Sequence record: KM407600
Strand: one strand, 5' to 3'
Source of the DNA: Shigella phage Shf125875
Length of the DNA stretch: 64,000 nt
A program made the translations under genes and the position numbers. Within the stretch, counting starts at the first letter, position 1, and every line of letters starts with the position of its first letter. Below are positions 45,115-54,601 of the stretch, in pieces. Under the pieces are notes generated by a model. The model saw nothing but the letters and a program-made list of their open reading frames with translations. It ran no database searches and had not been told where the DNA came from.

Positions 45115-47370
45115 TTAAAGCTTACAAGCGGAGCAATCTTCAGCTTTAGGCGTTTCTAACTCATAGTCATCTGTACCAGAACCATCTCGAGTGTTATGAT
45201 AGTAAAGGTTCTTACCACCAAAGTACCAGAAGTAAAGCAAGTCATCAAGCATTACAGACATTGGCACTTTGCCTTTCTCAAAGACTGAAGGGTCGTAGTA
45301 TGTATTAGCAGAAGCAGATTGGCACACCCATTTTAACATGATAACAACTTGTGTCAGATAAGGCTTATTACCTTTCTTAGCGAGTTTCCACGCATAGTCA
45401 TAAAGACCCATGTTGTGTTCAATATTAGGAACTACTTGACGGAAATTACCTTCTTTAGATTCTTTAATACTTACTGGGCCACGAGGTGGTTCAATACCAT
45501 TTGTGCTATTTGAGACCTGGCTGCTTGATTCGCATGGCATGAGTGCAGACAACGTTGAGTTACGAATTCCATGTTCTTTGAGTTCAGCTCGAAGTTCTTC
45601 CCAGTCACAGACGTAGTTTGGGGCTGCGATTTGGTCAATCTTTTTATTGTACCAGTCGATAGGTAATTCGCCTCGAGACCATTTAGTGTCTGAATAATAC
45701 TCGCAACGTCCTTTTTCTTTGGCGAGTTTGATTGATGCTTTGATAAGGCCATATTGCAATCTCTCAAACAATTCATGAGTCAAATCGTTAGCGTCTTCAT
45801 ATGAAGCAAAGTTAGAAGCTAACCATGCAGCATAGTTCGTAACACCAATACCAAGATTACGACGCTTTTTAGCTTTTAAAGCTTCTGGAACCGGATAGTC
45901 TTGATAGTCTAACAGGTTATCAAGTGCACGTACTTGTACTTCAGCAAGTTCATTAATTTTATCTTGGTCTTGCCAATCAAATTTATCTAACACGAATGCA
46001 GATAATGTGCATAAACCAATTTCAGCATCAGGACCATTCACATCATTAGTTGGAATAGCGATTTCACAACATAAGTTACTCTGTCGAATTGGAGCTTTTT
46101 CACGAATAAATGGAGTGTAGTTGTTCGTGTTATCAACGAATTGTGGATAAATTCGAGCAGTACCAGAGCGTTCAGTCATGAACAATTCAAAGAGTTCTAG
46201 TGCTTTGATTCTTTTCTTTCTGATTGTTGGGTCTTTTTCAGCTTTCTCATAAAGCTCACGGAATTTATCTTGATCTTCAAAGAACGAGTAGTATAGTTCG
46301 CCTGACATTTCGTGAGGGCTAAATAAAGTAATATAATCATTTTTACCAAGGCGTTCCATCATAAGGTCATTAATCTGAATTCCGTAGTCCATATGTCTAA
46401 TACGGTTTTCATCCACGCCTTTGTTATTTTTCAGAACCAACAGGTTCTCTACTTCTAAGTGCCACATCGGATAATACGCTGTAGCAGCACCACCACGAAT
46501 ACCACCTTGAGAACAAGATTTTACTGCAGTTTGGAAATGTTTCCAGAATGGAATAACACCCGTATGTCGAACTTCACCCATACCAATCTTAGAACCTTCT
46601 GCACGAAGCATACCAACGTTGATACCGATACCAGCTCGTTTAGAAATATATTCAATAATTGATGCTGAAGTTTTGTTAATAGATTTTAACGAATCACCGG
46701 CTTCAATAACTACACAACTAGAGAACTGGCGAGTTGGAGTACGAGCACCTGCCATAATTGGGGTTGGCAATGAAACTTGATGAGTAGAAACGGCATCATA
46801 AAAACGAATAATATGTTTCAAACGGTCATGAGTTTCGTCTTGATGTAAGGCCATGCCAATAGCCATGATAGCAAACTGTGGAGTTTCATAAATCTTCCCA
46901 GTTGTTTTATCTTTAACTAGATATTTTTCTTTAAGCTGCATAGCACCAGCATAAGTCAGGTCAAAGTCTCGTTCATGTTTAATCTGTGAATCGAGATAAA
47001 TGATTTCTTCTGCCGAATATTGAGACAACAGCTCAGGGTCGTATTTGCCTTCATTAACACAATAAGAAATATGGTCGATAAAAGCAGGCGGTTCAAACTG
47101 CCCATACACATCTTTACGAAGTGCAAACATTAATCCTTTAGCGGCAACATATTGATAGTCAGGTTCTTCGACAGAAATCAAGTTAGCTGCAACTTTAATA
47201 CAAATCTTCTGGATATCTTTGGTGCTCATCCCATCAACCAGATGAGTCTTAATTTCTTCATACAATTCGTATGGGTCGATTTGTGTTCCTTCACACTGCC
47301 AAGTTAAGACTTGAATAATTTTCTGTGCATCAAAATTTTGGGATACACCACTGCTCTTAGTTACTTGCAT
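45115..47370 (-). CDS. nrdA: Ribonucleotide reductase large subunit
   Basis: 751 aa (T4 754 aa); C-terminal CSACKL-type tail. Confidence 0.95.
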   Translation of the reverse strand: MQVTKSSGVSQNFDAQKIIQVLTWQCEGTQIDPYELYEEIKTHLVDGMSTKDIQKICIKVAANLISVEEPDYQYVAAKGLMFALRKDVYGQFEPPAFIDHISYCVNEGKYDPELLSQYSAEEIIYLDSQIKHERDFDLTYAGAMQLKEKYLVKDKTTGKIYETPQFAIMAIGMALHQDETHDRLKHIIRFYDAVSTHQVSLPTPIMAGARTPTRQFSSCVVIEAGDSLKSINKTSASIIEYISKRAGIGINVGMLRAEGSKIGMGEVRHTGVIPFWKHFQTAVKSCSQGGIRGGAATAYYPMWHLEVENLLVLKNNKGVDENRIRHMDYGIQINDLMMERLGKNDYITLFSPHEMSGELYYSFFEDQDKFRELYEKAEKDPTIRKKRIKALELFELFMTERSGTARIYPQFVDNTNNYTPFIREKAPIRQSNLCCEIAIPTNDVNGPDAEIGLCTLSAFVLDKFDWQDQDKINELAEVQVRALDNLLDYQDYPVPEALKAKKRRNLGIGVTNYAAWLASNFASYEDANDLTHELFERLQYGLIKASIKLAKEKGRCEYYSDTKWSRGELPIDWYNKKIDQIAAPNYVCDWEELRAELKEHGIRNSTLSALMPCESSSQVSNSTNGIEPPRGPVSIKESKEGNFRQVVPNIEHNMGLYDYAWKLAKKGNKPYLTQVVIMLKWVCQSASANTYYDPSVFEKGKVPMSVMLDDLLYFWYFGGKNLYYHNTRDGSGTDDYELETPKAEDCSACKL

Positions 47371-47457
47371 ATATTCCTCAGTATAGGTTGATAGACATTA
47401 CTCCAAACGGGATAGTATTTATCCCGTTAATTTATTATACACTTTTAAACTGAAGCG

Positions 47458-47712
47458 TTAATTATTCTTAGCAATAATTTCTTTGTATTCTTTAGGTGTC
47501 AAGACTGTGATATCGAAATAAACCAATGGTTCTTTTTCCATACCGTAACCACCACAAAATTCACGATATTCATAAATTCGTTCATGTGAATAACAAATGA
47601 ATCGTTCACCTTTAACTGTGATTTCACTATTCGGTGAAGGGATATCTAGTTCGGTAGGATTTTTCATTTCAAAAATTGTGGTACCATATGAATTAATAAA
47701 ACGTAAAATCAT
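47458..47712 (-). CDS. Hypothetical protein (nrdA.x-type)
   Basis: 84 aa ORF between td and nrdA. Confidence 0.45.
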   Translation of the reverse strand: MILRFINSYGTTIFEMKNPTELDIPSPNSEITVKGERFICYSHERIYEYREFCGGYGMEKEPLVYFDITVLTPKEYKEIIAKNN

Positions 47713-48573
47713 TTATACCGCCATTTTAGCTTTGATAGTTGGATGAGATTCGTAATTTTTAAGAACGAAATCAGAATGTGTCATCGTTCCAGTAACCCAG
47801 TCCATTTGGATTTTTGTAGGCCAATTCTCAAAATTACTAGGCCAATTAATTTCAAGAGAACACAACTCTTTAGGTTCACGACGAAGAACTTCTTTGCATT
47901 GTTCTACATGATTGCTGTAGATATGCGTGTTGCCGCCTGAGAACACTAAATCACCTGGGATAAGGTTACACATCTTCGCTACAATATGCGTCAAGGCAGC
48001 GTATGAGGCAATGTTGAACGGCAGGCCCAAGAAAACATCTACACTGCGTTGATACCATTGTAAATCAAGATGCCCATTACGCACATTGAACTGATAGAAC
48101 ATGTGGCAAGGAGGAAGAGCCATTTGATTTATTTCGGCCGGATTCCAGGCAGAAACAATTTGACGACGATCAGTTGGTAATTTTTTAATACTGTTGATTG
48201 TTTCAACTAATTGGTCCACACCACCGAAATCACGCCATTGTTTACCATATATAGGACCAAGTTCGCCGCTATGATATCCAAGGTCTTTTGCCTGATTTTC
48301 ATAGTTGTCGTCCCAAATAGTTTTACCTTCAATTAGACTACCATGAGTACGAAGACGTAATTCATTAACATTAGTAGAACCGGACATGAACCACAATAAC
48401 TCGGCAATACAAGCTTTCCATGCTAATTTCTTAGTTGTTACTGCAGGGAATCCTTTAGTCAGGTCCCAACGTAATTTAGTTCCGAACAGAGCAATTGTTC
48501 CTGTGCCTGTACGGTCGTCTGTTTCGTAACCGTTTTCAAGGATATTTTTAATTAAATCTTGGTATTGTTTCAT
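47713..48573 (-). CDS. td: Thymidylate synthase (uninterrupted, no intron)
   Basis: 286 aa, same as T4 Td; near-identical N-terminus MKQYQDLIK...; active-site region ALPPCHMFYQF. Confidence 0.95.
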   Translation of the reverse strand: MKQYQDLIKNILENGYETDDRTGTGTIALFGTKLRWDLTKGFPAVTTKKLAWKACIAELLWFMSGSTNVNELRLRTHGSLIEGKTIWDDNYENQAKDLGYHSGELGPIYGKQWRDFGGVDQLVETINSIKKLPTDRRQIVSAWNPAEINQMALPPCHMFYQFNVRNGHLDLQWYQRSVDVFLGLPFNIASYAALTHIVAKMCNLIPGDLVFSGGNTHIYSNHVEQCKEVLRREPKELCSLEINWPSNFENWPTKIQMDWVTGTMTHSDFVLKNYESHPTIKAKMAV

Positions 48574-48586
48574 TTAGCACCTATAA

Positions 48587-49544
<958 letters not shown>

Positions 49545-49826
49545 TCAAAACCCCTTTTCAATAAACCATTCAGTGGCTTTATTAGCGTCAAAGAATAACT
49601 CTTCATATGTCTTTTCTTTGTTTTCAAAAACTGTCACACAAACACGTTGACATTCTCCACAGTATTCTTCTGACATACTCAAAGCGTCAGAAAACATTTC
49701 ATTAAATTCACTTAAATCGGGATTATGCAATGCGTTAAAAATTGCATAATCGAATTCGTCATTCATAAATTCAAATACAAAAATCATATTATTTTTCCTC
49801 AAACAGACTTTTTCACAATTTTCCAA
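49545..49826 (-). CDS. Hypothetical protein (frd.x-type)
   Basis: 93 aa ORF. Confidence 0.45.
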   Translation of the reverse strand: MENCEKVCLRKNNMIFVFEFMNDEFDYAIFNALHNPDLSEFNEMFSDALSMSEEYCGECQRVCVTVFENKEKTYEELFFDANKATEWFIEKGF

Positions 49827-50041
49827 TCAGCTTTAAACGATTCAACATCAGAGTGGTAAATCCAGAATCCTGCACTTTCACCATCTTCATAGAGTGGACA
49901 TCCATCGCATTCATCTTCCCAACCCATATCGCGTAAAAGATGTTCAGCTTTTTCAACAAGTTCAGCGTCTTTACCGACGATGTTGAAGTACCATTTACCT
50001 CTAACTTCAGAATCTTTGATGCTCTGGCGTTGCAATCTCAT
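49799..50041 (-). CDS. Hypothetical protein (frd.x-type)
   Basis: 80 aa ORF with early-type promoter upstream. Confidence 0.45.
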   Translation of the reverse strand: MRLQRQSIKDSEVRGKWYFNIVGKDAELVEKAEHLLRDMGWEDECDGCPLYEDGESAGFWIYHSDVESFKADWKIVKKSV

Positions 50042-50074
50042 TTTATTCTCCTCTTCACTTTTATTTGATAGGGC

Positions 50075-50105
50075 TACTATAACATAACCCTATCTTGTTA
50101 TAAAC
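50075..50105 (-). promoter_or_regulatory. Early sigma70-type promoter (same family)
   Basis: Minus-strand GTTTATAACAAGATAGGGTTATGTTATAGTAGCC. Confidence 0.4.
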
Positions 50106-50497
50106 TACTTTTTAAAAGTTTTTTGCAAAAGTTTGATGATTTCGTCGACGTTGGTTTCATCTACGATACAATGGATTTTTGTTACACCTAAAGTTATACC
50201 TTCGTTAGTAGGTTGAGGCTTTACTAAATCTACCTCAATAAAGTATTTGAACTCGTCAGGATAAATCTCAAAATAAGTTTCAATTTCACCACCGGCAGAA
50301 CATACAGTACCATCTTCCATAGTTACACTTACTACGTTTGACGTATCGTTATCATAATCAGGTTCCATTCCGTTTACAACAAAACTAGGCCCATGGAGTT
50401 CAATCAATTTTAACATCTTAGCGTTATTGTGTGGTGCTTCTTGAACAAAGTCATCTTTAAATAAAGGGTTGATGATATAAGATTTTCCGATTTCCAT
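50105..50497 (-). CDS. Hypothetical protein (frd.3-like)
   Basis: 130 aa ORF with early-type promoter upstream. Confidence 0.5.
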   Translation of the reverse strand: MEIGKSYIINPLFKDDFVQEAPHNNAKMLKLIELHGPSFVVNGMEPDYDNDTSNVVSVTMEDGTVCSAGGEIETYFEIYPDEFKYFIEVDLVKPQPTNEGITLGVTKIHCIVDETNVDEIIKLLQKTFKK

Positions 50498-50525
50498 TTT
50501 GATTTCCTCATGTTGTTGATAAGTC

Positions 50526-50555
50526 TATAGTAACACATCTACGGAAGAAGTAAAC
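50526..50555 (-). promoter_or_regulatory. Early sigma70-type promoter (same family)
   Basis: Minus-strand TTGTTTACTTCTTCCGTAGATGTGTTACTATAGAC. Confidence 0.5.
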
Positions 50556-50586
50556 AACTTTTTCAGCAATTTACAGATACTCAAAA

Positions 50587-50604
50587 GGGAGACCGAAGTC
50601 TCCC
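50587..50604 (-). terminator. Terminator after gene 32
   Basis: Minus-strand GGGAGAC-TTCG-GTCTCCC followed by TTTTGA, 7 nt past gene 32 stop. Confidence 0.7.
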
Positions 50605-50610
50605 AATTTA

Positions 50611-51510
50611 TTATAAACCAGCTAACAGGTCATCAAGGTCGCCATCATCAGAAGACGAGGAACTCATGAAGTCATCTTCAGTTTTTGCAGAACTAAAGGC
50701 TTCCATGTCTTTATCAAAATCGTCAAGGTCAGAAGCAACTTTATCTGCAACAGAAGCTGCTGCGGCTGCTGCACCACCAAGAGCGGCAGTACCAAGAACC
50801 TTAGCGAAAGATTCATTTAATTTTTCGAAGGATTTGAACTGGTCTTTAGCCGTCAAAGTAGTAAGGTCTACCATCTGGTCATACAGTTCTTTCTGGAATG
50901 CTTCGTCATTAATACGAGGAATTTCAGATTGACCCAAGAATTTAGATTCGTCATAGTTGCTAAAACCAGAAACCTGCTTAGCTTTCAGAACGAAGTTAGC
51001 ACCTTCAAACGGACAAGTAACATCAACTGGAGTTTCACCCATTTCGGTATCAACTGCAATCATTGCATTGATTTTGTCCCAAATCTTTTTACCGAAACGA
51101 TATTTAAATACTTTACCTTCGTTATCTGGAGCTTGAGGGTCTTTAACAACCAGAATATTAGCCCAATAAGAAGTTTTACGTTTCAGTTGAGAATATTCAG
51201 TTTTGTTGGTATTGTACAGGTCATTTTTACTAATGTACTGACATACAGGACAAGAGTCGTAATCACCATGTGTAGAAGAGCAATTTTCAATATACCATTT
51301 ACCATTTTTCTTGAAACCGTGGTTAACAAGAATTGCAAATGGTAGTGCATCATCAGTTTTTGCTGGCAGGAAACGAATTACCGCTTGACCATTACCTGAT
51401 GCATCTAGCTTCAGCTTCCATTCGCCTTTATCTTCTGAAGAGAAACCTTTGTTACCGTTCAGTTTAGCCATTTGAGCAGCGAGGTCAGCAGTAGATTTAC
51501 GTTTAAACAT
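50611..51510 (-). CDS. 32: Single-stranded DNA-binding protein gp32
   Basis: 299 aa (T4 301 aa); acidic C-terminus [12 protein letters not shown]; operator repeats upstream. Confidence 0.95.
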   Translation of the reverse strand: MFKRKSTADLAAQMAKLNGNKGFSSEDKGEWKLKLDASGNGQAVIRFLPAKTDDALPFAILVNHGFKKNGKWYIENCSSTHGDYDSCPVCQYISKNDLYNTNKTEYSQLKRKTSYWANILVVKDPQAPDNEGKVFKYRFGKKIWDKINAMIAVDTEMGETPVDVTCPFEGANFVLKAKQVSGFSNYDESKFLGQSEIPRINDEAFQKELYDQMVDLTTLTAKDQFKSFEKLNESFAKVLGTAALGGAAAAAASVADKVASDLDDFDKDMEAFSSAKTEDDFMSSSSSDDGDLDDLLAGL

Positions 51511-51600
51511 TATATTTACCTTTATTTAGATTATTTAGATTATTTAGATTATTTAATTTATTTACAGTTGGTTGCTACGACACTTATACCTCGTAGCTGG
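51511..51600 (-). promoter_or_regulatory. Gene 32 translational operator: tandem AU-rich repeats plus adjacent hairpin/pseudoknot region
   Basis: Plus-strand TTATTTAGA repeated three times then TTATTTAAT, directly 5' of the gene 32 ATG on the minus strand; adjacent inverted repeat GCTACGA...TCGTAGC. Confidence 0.65.
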
Positions 51601-51644
51601 TATGATTTATTTATAAAGTAATTTTAACAAACAAGAAATAAAGC

Positions 51645-52298
51645 TTAATACTTACATGATTTGATTGTTTCTATGAACAATTTCTTAGCAGCATTTCCGT
51701 CGATTTGAAGTATTTTTCGATATGCCTTTAATTTGGTAGAATAATTTTGCCAGACTAAATTGTCGGTGAGTTCGTCGTGCTTATCTATAATATTCAAGAA
51801 TGAATCCAACAACAAGAAGGTTTCAAATGAAATTATATTGCTTTGTAGCAATTTAAATATGTAGCTCGACTGAACTTTATTATTATAATCAAATATCTCT
51901 TGAAGCGCACTAACTTCCACTTTCTTACTGAAATAGTAGATGTTACGTACATCTTCAGCAAACGTCTCCTTGGCTTGTTTGAGACGTCCAATATATTCCC
52001 TATAGAAAACTAATGCATCAGCGTCTGATATCTCACCAATCCATGCATCTTGGTTAGCAACTAAGTTACTGATGAATATCAAGGTGAGTTCCTTTAACTT
52101 ATATTTCTCTGCTAGTTTCTCAAAGAAATATTTATCTCGGCGTTTTTGATACGCATTATCCGAAACACGCATGCACCAGTTATATTTGATTACGTCATAC
52201 CGACCACCAAAATGGTTTTTGCACATCAAGTATAGTTTATATACCGATTTTCCATTAATATAACGTTCTCCATCAGGAGGCATGCGTATTTTAATCAT
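51645..52298 (-). CDS. 59: Helicase loader gp59
   Basis: 217 aa, same as T4; near-identical to T4 gp59 as recalled (MIKIRMPPDGERYINGKSVYKLYLM...). Confidence 0.95.
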   Translation of the reverse strand: MIKIRMPPDGERYINGKSVYKLYLMCKNHFGGRYDVIKYNWCMRVSDNAYQKRRDKYFFEKLAEKYKLKELTLIFISNLVANQDAWIGEISDADALVFYREYIGRLKQAKETFAEDVRNIYYFSKKVEVSALQEIFDYNNKVQSSYIFKLLQSNIISFETFLLLDSFLNIIDKHDELTDNLVWQNYSTKLKAYRKILQIDGNAAKKLFIETIKSCKY

Positions 52299-52974
52299 AT
52301 TTCCATCCGGACCATTTTGAAGATTTAAGTCTATATGTAACTAAAGACGCAGAAATATTAAAAACATTTGAAACTTCTTTACACGAGGCGTATTTTATAC
52401 CATCAATAATTATAGGTTTTTGTTTTTTAATAGTTCTTTCTTTAGAATGCGGCTTTGAATTTGCTATTCTAAGAGCTTCTTTGGTTGAATCGGGCATCGG
52501 CTTATTCGTTTTTCGCCCTTTTCGGACTTTGCTCAAGGCCAATTTGTGAGCTTCAGATAGTTTCTTACCCTTATTAGGTGACGATATTTTCTTTTCTAGT
52601 CTTGTTTTAGATACTTTAGCCTTAGTCTCTTCAGATCTAGGTTTACCTAATTTAGAAAGTGAAATAGCCCTTTTAGCTTCATCACTTTGTTTTTTACCAG
52701 GACCACCTTTACCACCGGGAACTAAGTTATAAGTATCATCTCGCAAAACAAAATCTTCGTTAACCAATTCTGCTTCTTTTTTATAGGCGTCCTTGTCATT
52801 ATCATATTCATAAAGAATTTCGGTATAAAAATTTTTTAGTCCATATTTAGCTTTGGCCGCTAATATAGCGCGGCCTGATCCAATATACCAATCTTTCTCT
52901 TTATGTTTTTTGTGTACGCCTATATAAATTTTACCATTTATTTTATTGGTAGTTTTATACACAACGTATTTCAT
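52291..52974 (-). CDS. Free-standing GIY-YIG homing endonuclease (Seg-like)
   Basis: 227 aa; N-terminal GIY-YIG module (VVYKTTNKINGKIYIGV); basic repeats like NUMOD3; C-terminal HTH-like segment; overlaps gp33 stop and gp59 start. Confidence 0.8.
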   Translation of the reverse strand: MKYVVYKTTNKINGKIYIGVHKKHKEKDWYIGSGRAILAAKAKYGLKNFYTEILYEYDNDKDAYKKEAELVNEDFVLRDDTYNLVPGGKGGPGKKQSDEAKRAISLSKLGKPRSEETKAKVSKTRLEKKISSPNKGKKLSEAHKLALSKVRKGRKTNKPMPDSTKEALRIANSKPHSKERTIKKQKPIIIDGIKYASCKEVSNVFNISASLVTYRLKSSKWSGWKYD

Positions 52975-53309
52975 AATAAGAAATCTAACGTATTAGTTTT
53001 TTCACCACGAGCAACTGATGGGCGAAGCATATTTTCGTCAATTGCTTCGCTTGTAATTTTTTCAACAATTCCTGTAGGAATAAATTTAGCAAATTGTGTT
53101 TCTGGAATAGAATTTTCTTCCAAGAAAGCAGTTGTTGCTTCTAAATAAGACATACCAAATTGCTCAACCATGGATTCGATAATGAATCCGTTTTCTTGAC
53201 GGTCAAGCAATTTAGCGATATCATCTTTATCATGTTTTACTGCTAATTCTTGTTCAGATAAACCGGTCTCATCAACCGGTTTAATATCACTTAGTGAAAA
53301 CTGTGTCAT
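52971..53309 (-). CDS. 33: Late transcription accessory protein gp33
   Basis: 112 aa, same as T4. Confidence 0.85.
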   Translation of the reverse strand: MTQFSLSDIKPVDETGLSEQELAVKHDKDDIAKLLDRQENGFIIESMVEQFGMSYLEATTAFLEENSIPETQFAKFIPTGIVEKITSEAIDENMLRPSVARGEKTNTLDFLL

Positions 53310-53556
53310 AAAGCTCGACTACCTCTTCGTTTTCAGCTTCAAATTGGTCACGAGCATCTTTATGATAAAGAGCTAACAAACGATTAAACATTTTTCCATC
53401 AACGCCAAGCTCTTCTTTAGCACGAGTACGAATGTCTTTAATCAGTTCATTATAACCAGAAATTTTAAGTTTGTTATCGGAAGCTTCCTTGACTAGTTTA
53501 GCCAGTTCTTCACCATGCACATCTTGATTAAATTCAACTGCTTCTTTCTTAGCCAT
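53287..53556 (-). CDS. dsbA: dsDNA-binding protein DsbA
   Basis: Start set at MAKKEAVEF giving 89 aa as in T4; strong similarity to T4 DsbA as recalled. Confidence 0.8.
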   Translation of the reverse strand: MAKKEAVEFNQDVHGEELAKLVKEASDNKLKISGYNELIKDIRTRAKEELGVDGKMFNRLLALYHKDARDQFEAENEEVVELYDTVFTK

Positions 53557-53563
53557 GTTTACC

Positions 53564-54481
53564 TCAGAATTCATTAATTACACTTGTTAATTTAGAAAGA
53601 CCCGATTTTACAAAGTATGAATAAATCTTGCCTTTAGGTTGTTGTTTATATGAGTTATAATACTCTATAATGGTTGAAGCAATATTATCAGGGATATAAT
53701 CAAAATCAATGAGAACCAAATTTTCTTGGTACCGTTTATATTCTTCTGCACTTAATAATACTTCAGCTTGAGAACGGTCATTAGCAATTGCTTCAATAAT
53801 CGTTGTTTTCATACTCGGAGTTCGTTCGCCTTCAACTCGAGTAAACCAGAAATCACCACGAACTCGAACAGACGCAACACCATCTTTACGGTCGCCTTTA
53901 AGAATTTTAGTCATGCAATCAATTTCGGCAGAACCATTCTTAATTTTAACCCATTTTTTCTGTGGTGGTGACCACTGTTTAACGTTAGGGTATTTGTGTA
54001 ATTGTGTAAAGTCACCATCTGATGCAACAATACATACCTTATGACCAGCTAATGACAAATATTTAGTTAATACACCGATATGGTCATCCGCTTCGTATTT
54101 GTCAATATCCATTACAACGTATGGCATATATTTCTTAATCTCATCAACAACTTGATGGAGTGCAGTAAAATATCCTTCCCAATCCCACTTTGAAGCTTCA
54201 CGATCGGTTTTACGATTTTTCTTATAATAGTAAGCAAAGTCACGACGCCAATATCCAGAAGTAGCGTTATCCATGCACAATACAAATTTTGTATAACCTT
54301 GCTTACGGAACATCACTACGTTTTTACGAATTGAATTCAAGACTACATGACGAACCATCGGAACAGTAATTTTATCACCATCTTCAAAGTTGTTTAATGC
54401 AGCTGCCAATGCAATGTTACTAAAGTCTGCAAGCGCAATACCTTCTTTGTAATCTTCATCCAACATCATTTCTAAATCCAT
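53564..54481 (-). CDS. rnh: RNase H (5'-3' exonuclease / flap endonuclease)
   Basis: 305 aa, same as T4 RNase H; position upstream of gene 34. Confidence 0.9.
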   Translation of the reverse strand: MDLEMMLDEDYKEGIALADFSNIALAAALNNFEDGDKITVPMVRHVVLNSIRKNVVMFRKQGYTKFVLCMDNATSGYWRRDFAYYYKKNRKTDREASKWDWEGYFTALHQVVDEIKKYMPYVVMDIDKYEADDHIGVLTKYLSLAGHKVCIVASDGDFTQLHKYPNVKQWSPPQKKWVKIKNGSAEIDCMTKILKGDRKDGVASVRVRGDFWFTRVEGERTPSMKTTIIEAIANDRSQAEVLLSAEEYKRYQENLVLIDFDYIPDNIASTIIEYYNSYKQQPKGKIYSYFVKSGLSKLTSVINEF

Positions 54482-54514
54482 ATGAACCTCTTGTTCAGTT
54501 AGTCAACTTAGACC

Positions 54515-54544
54515 ATAGTAACATACTAGTTCGAAAGCGTAAAT
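54515..54544 (-). promoter_or_regulatory. Early sigma70-type promoter for rnh
   Basis: Minus-strand TATTTACGCTTTCGAACTAGTATGTTACTATGG. Confidence 0.45.
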
Positions 54545-54559
54545 AGTCTTTTACTCATT

Positions 54560-54567
54560 TATAAATA
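54560..54567 (+). promoter_or_regulatory. T4-type late promoter for gene 34
   Basis: TATAAATAGTA about 35 nt upstream of gene 34. Confidence 0.6.
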
Positions 54568-54601
54568 GTAAAATAGAACACATAATGATAAGAGGACTAC
54601 C

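Noticed and set aside
47713-48573. Search for a td group I intron and I-TevI-like ORF
   Set aside because: td is one continuous 286 aa ORF colinear with T4 Td exons, so no intron is present; nrdB is likewise uninterrupted.
51511-51570. Tandem 9-bp repeats considered as CRISPR or minisatellite
   Set aside because: Only a few short AU-rich units with no spacers, sitting exactly in the gene 32 leader; explained as the gp32 translational operator.
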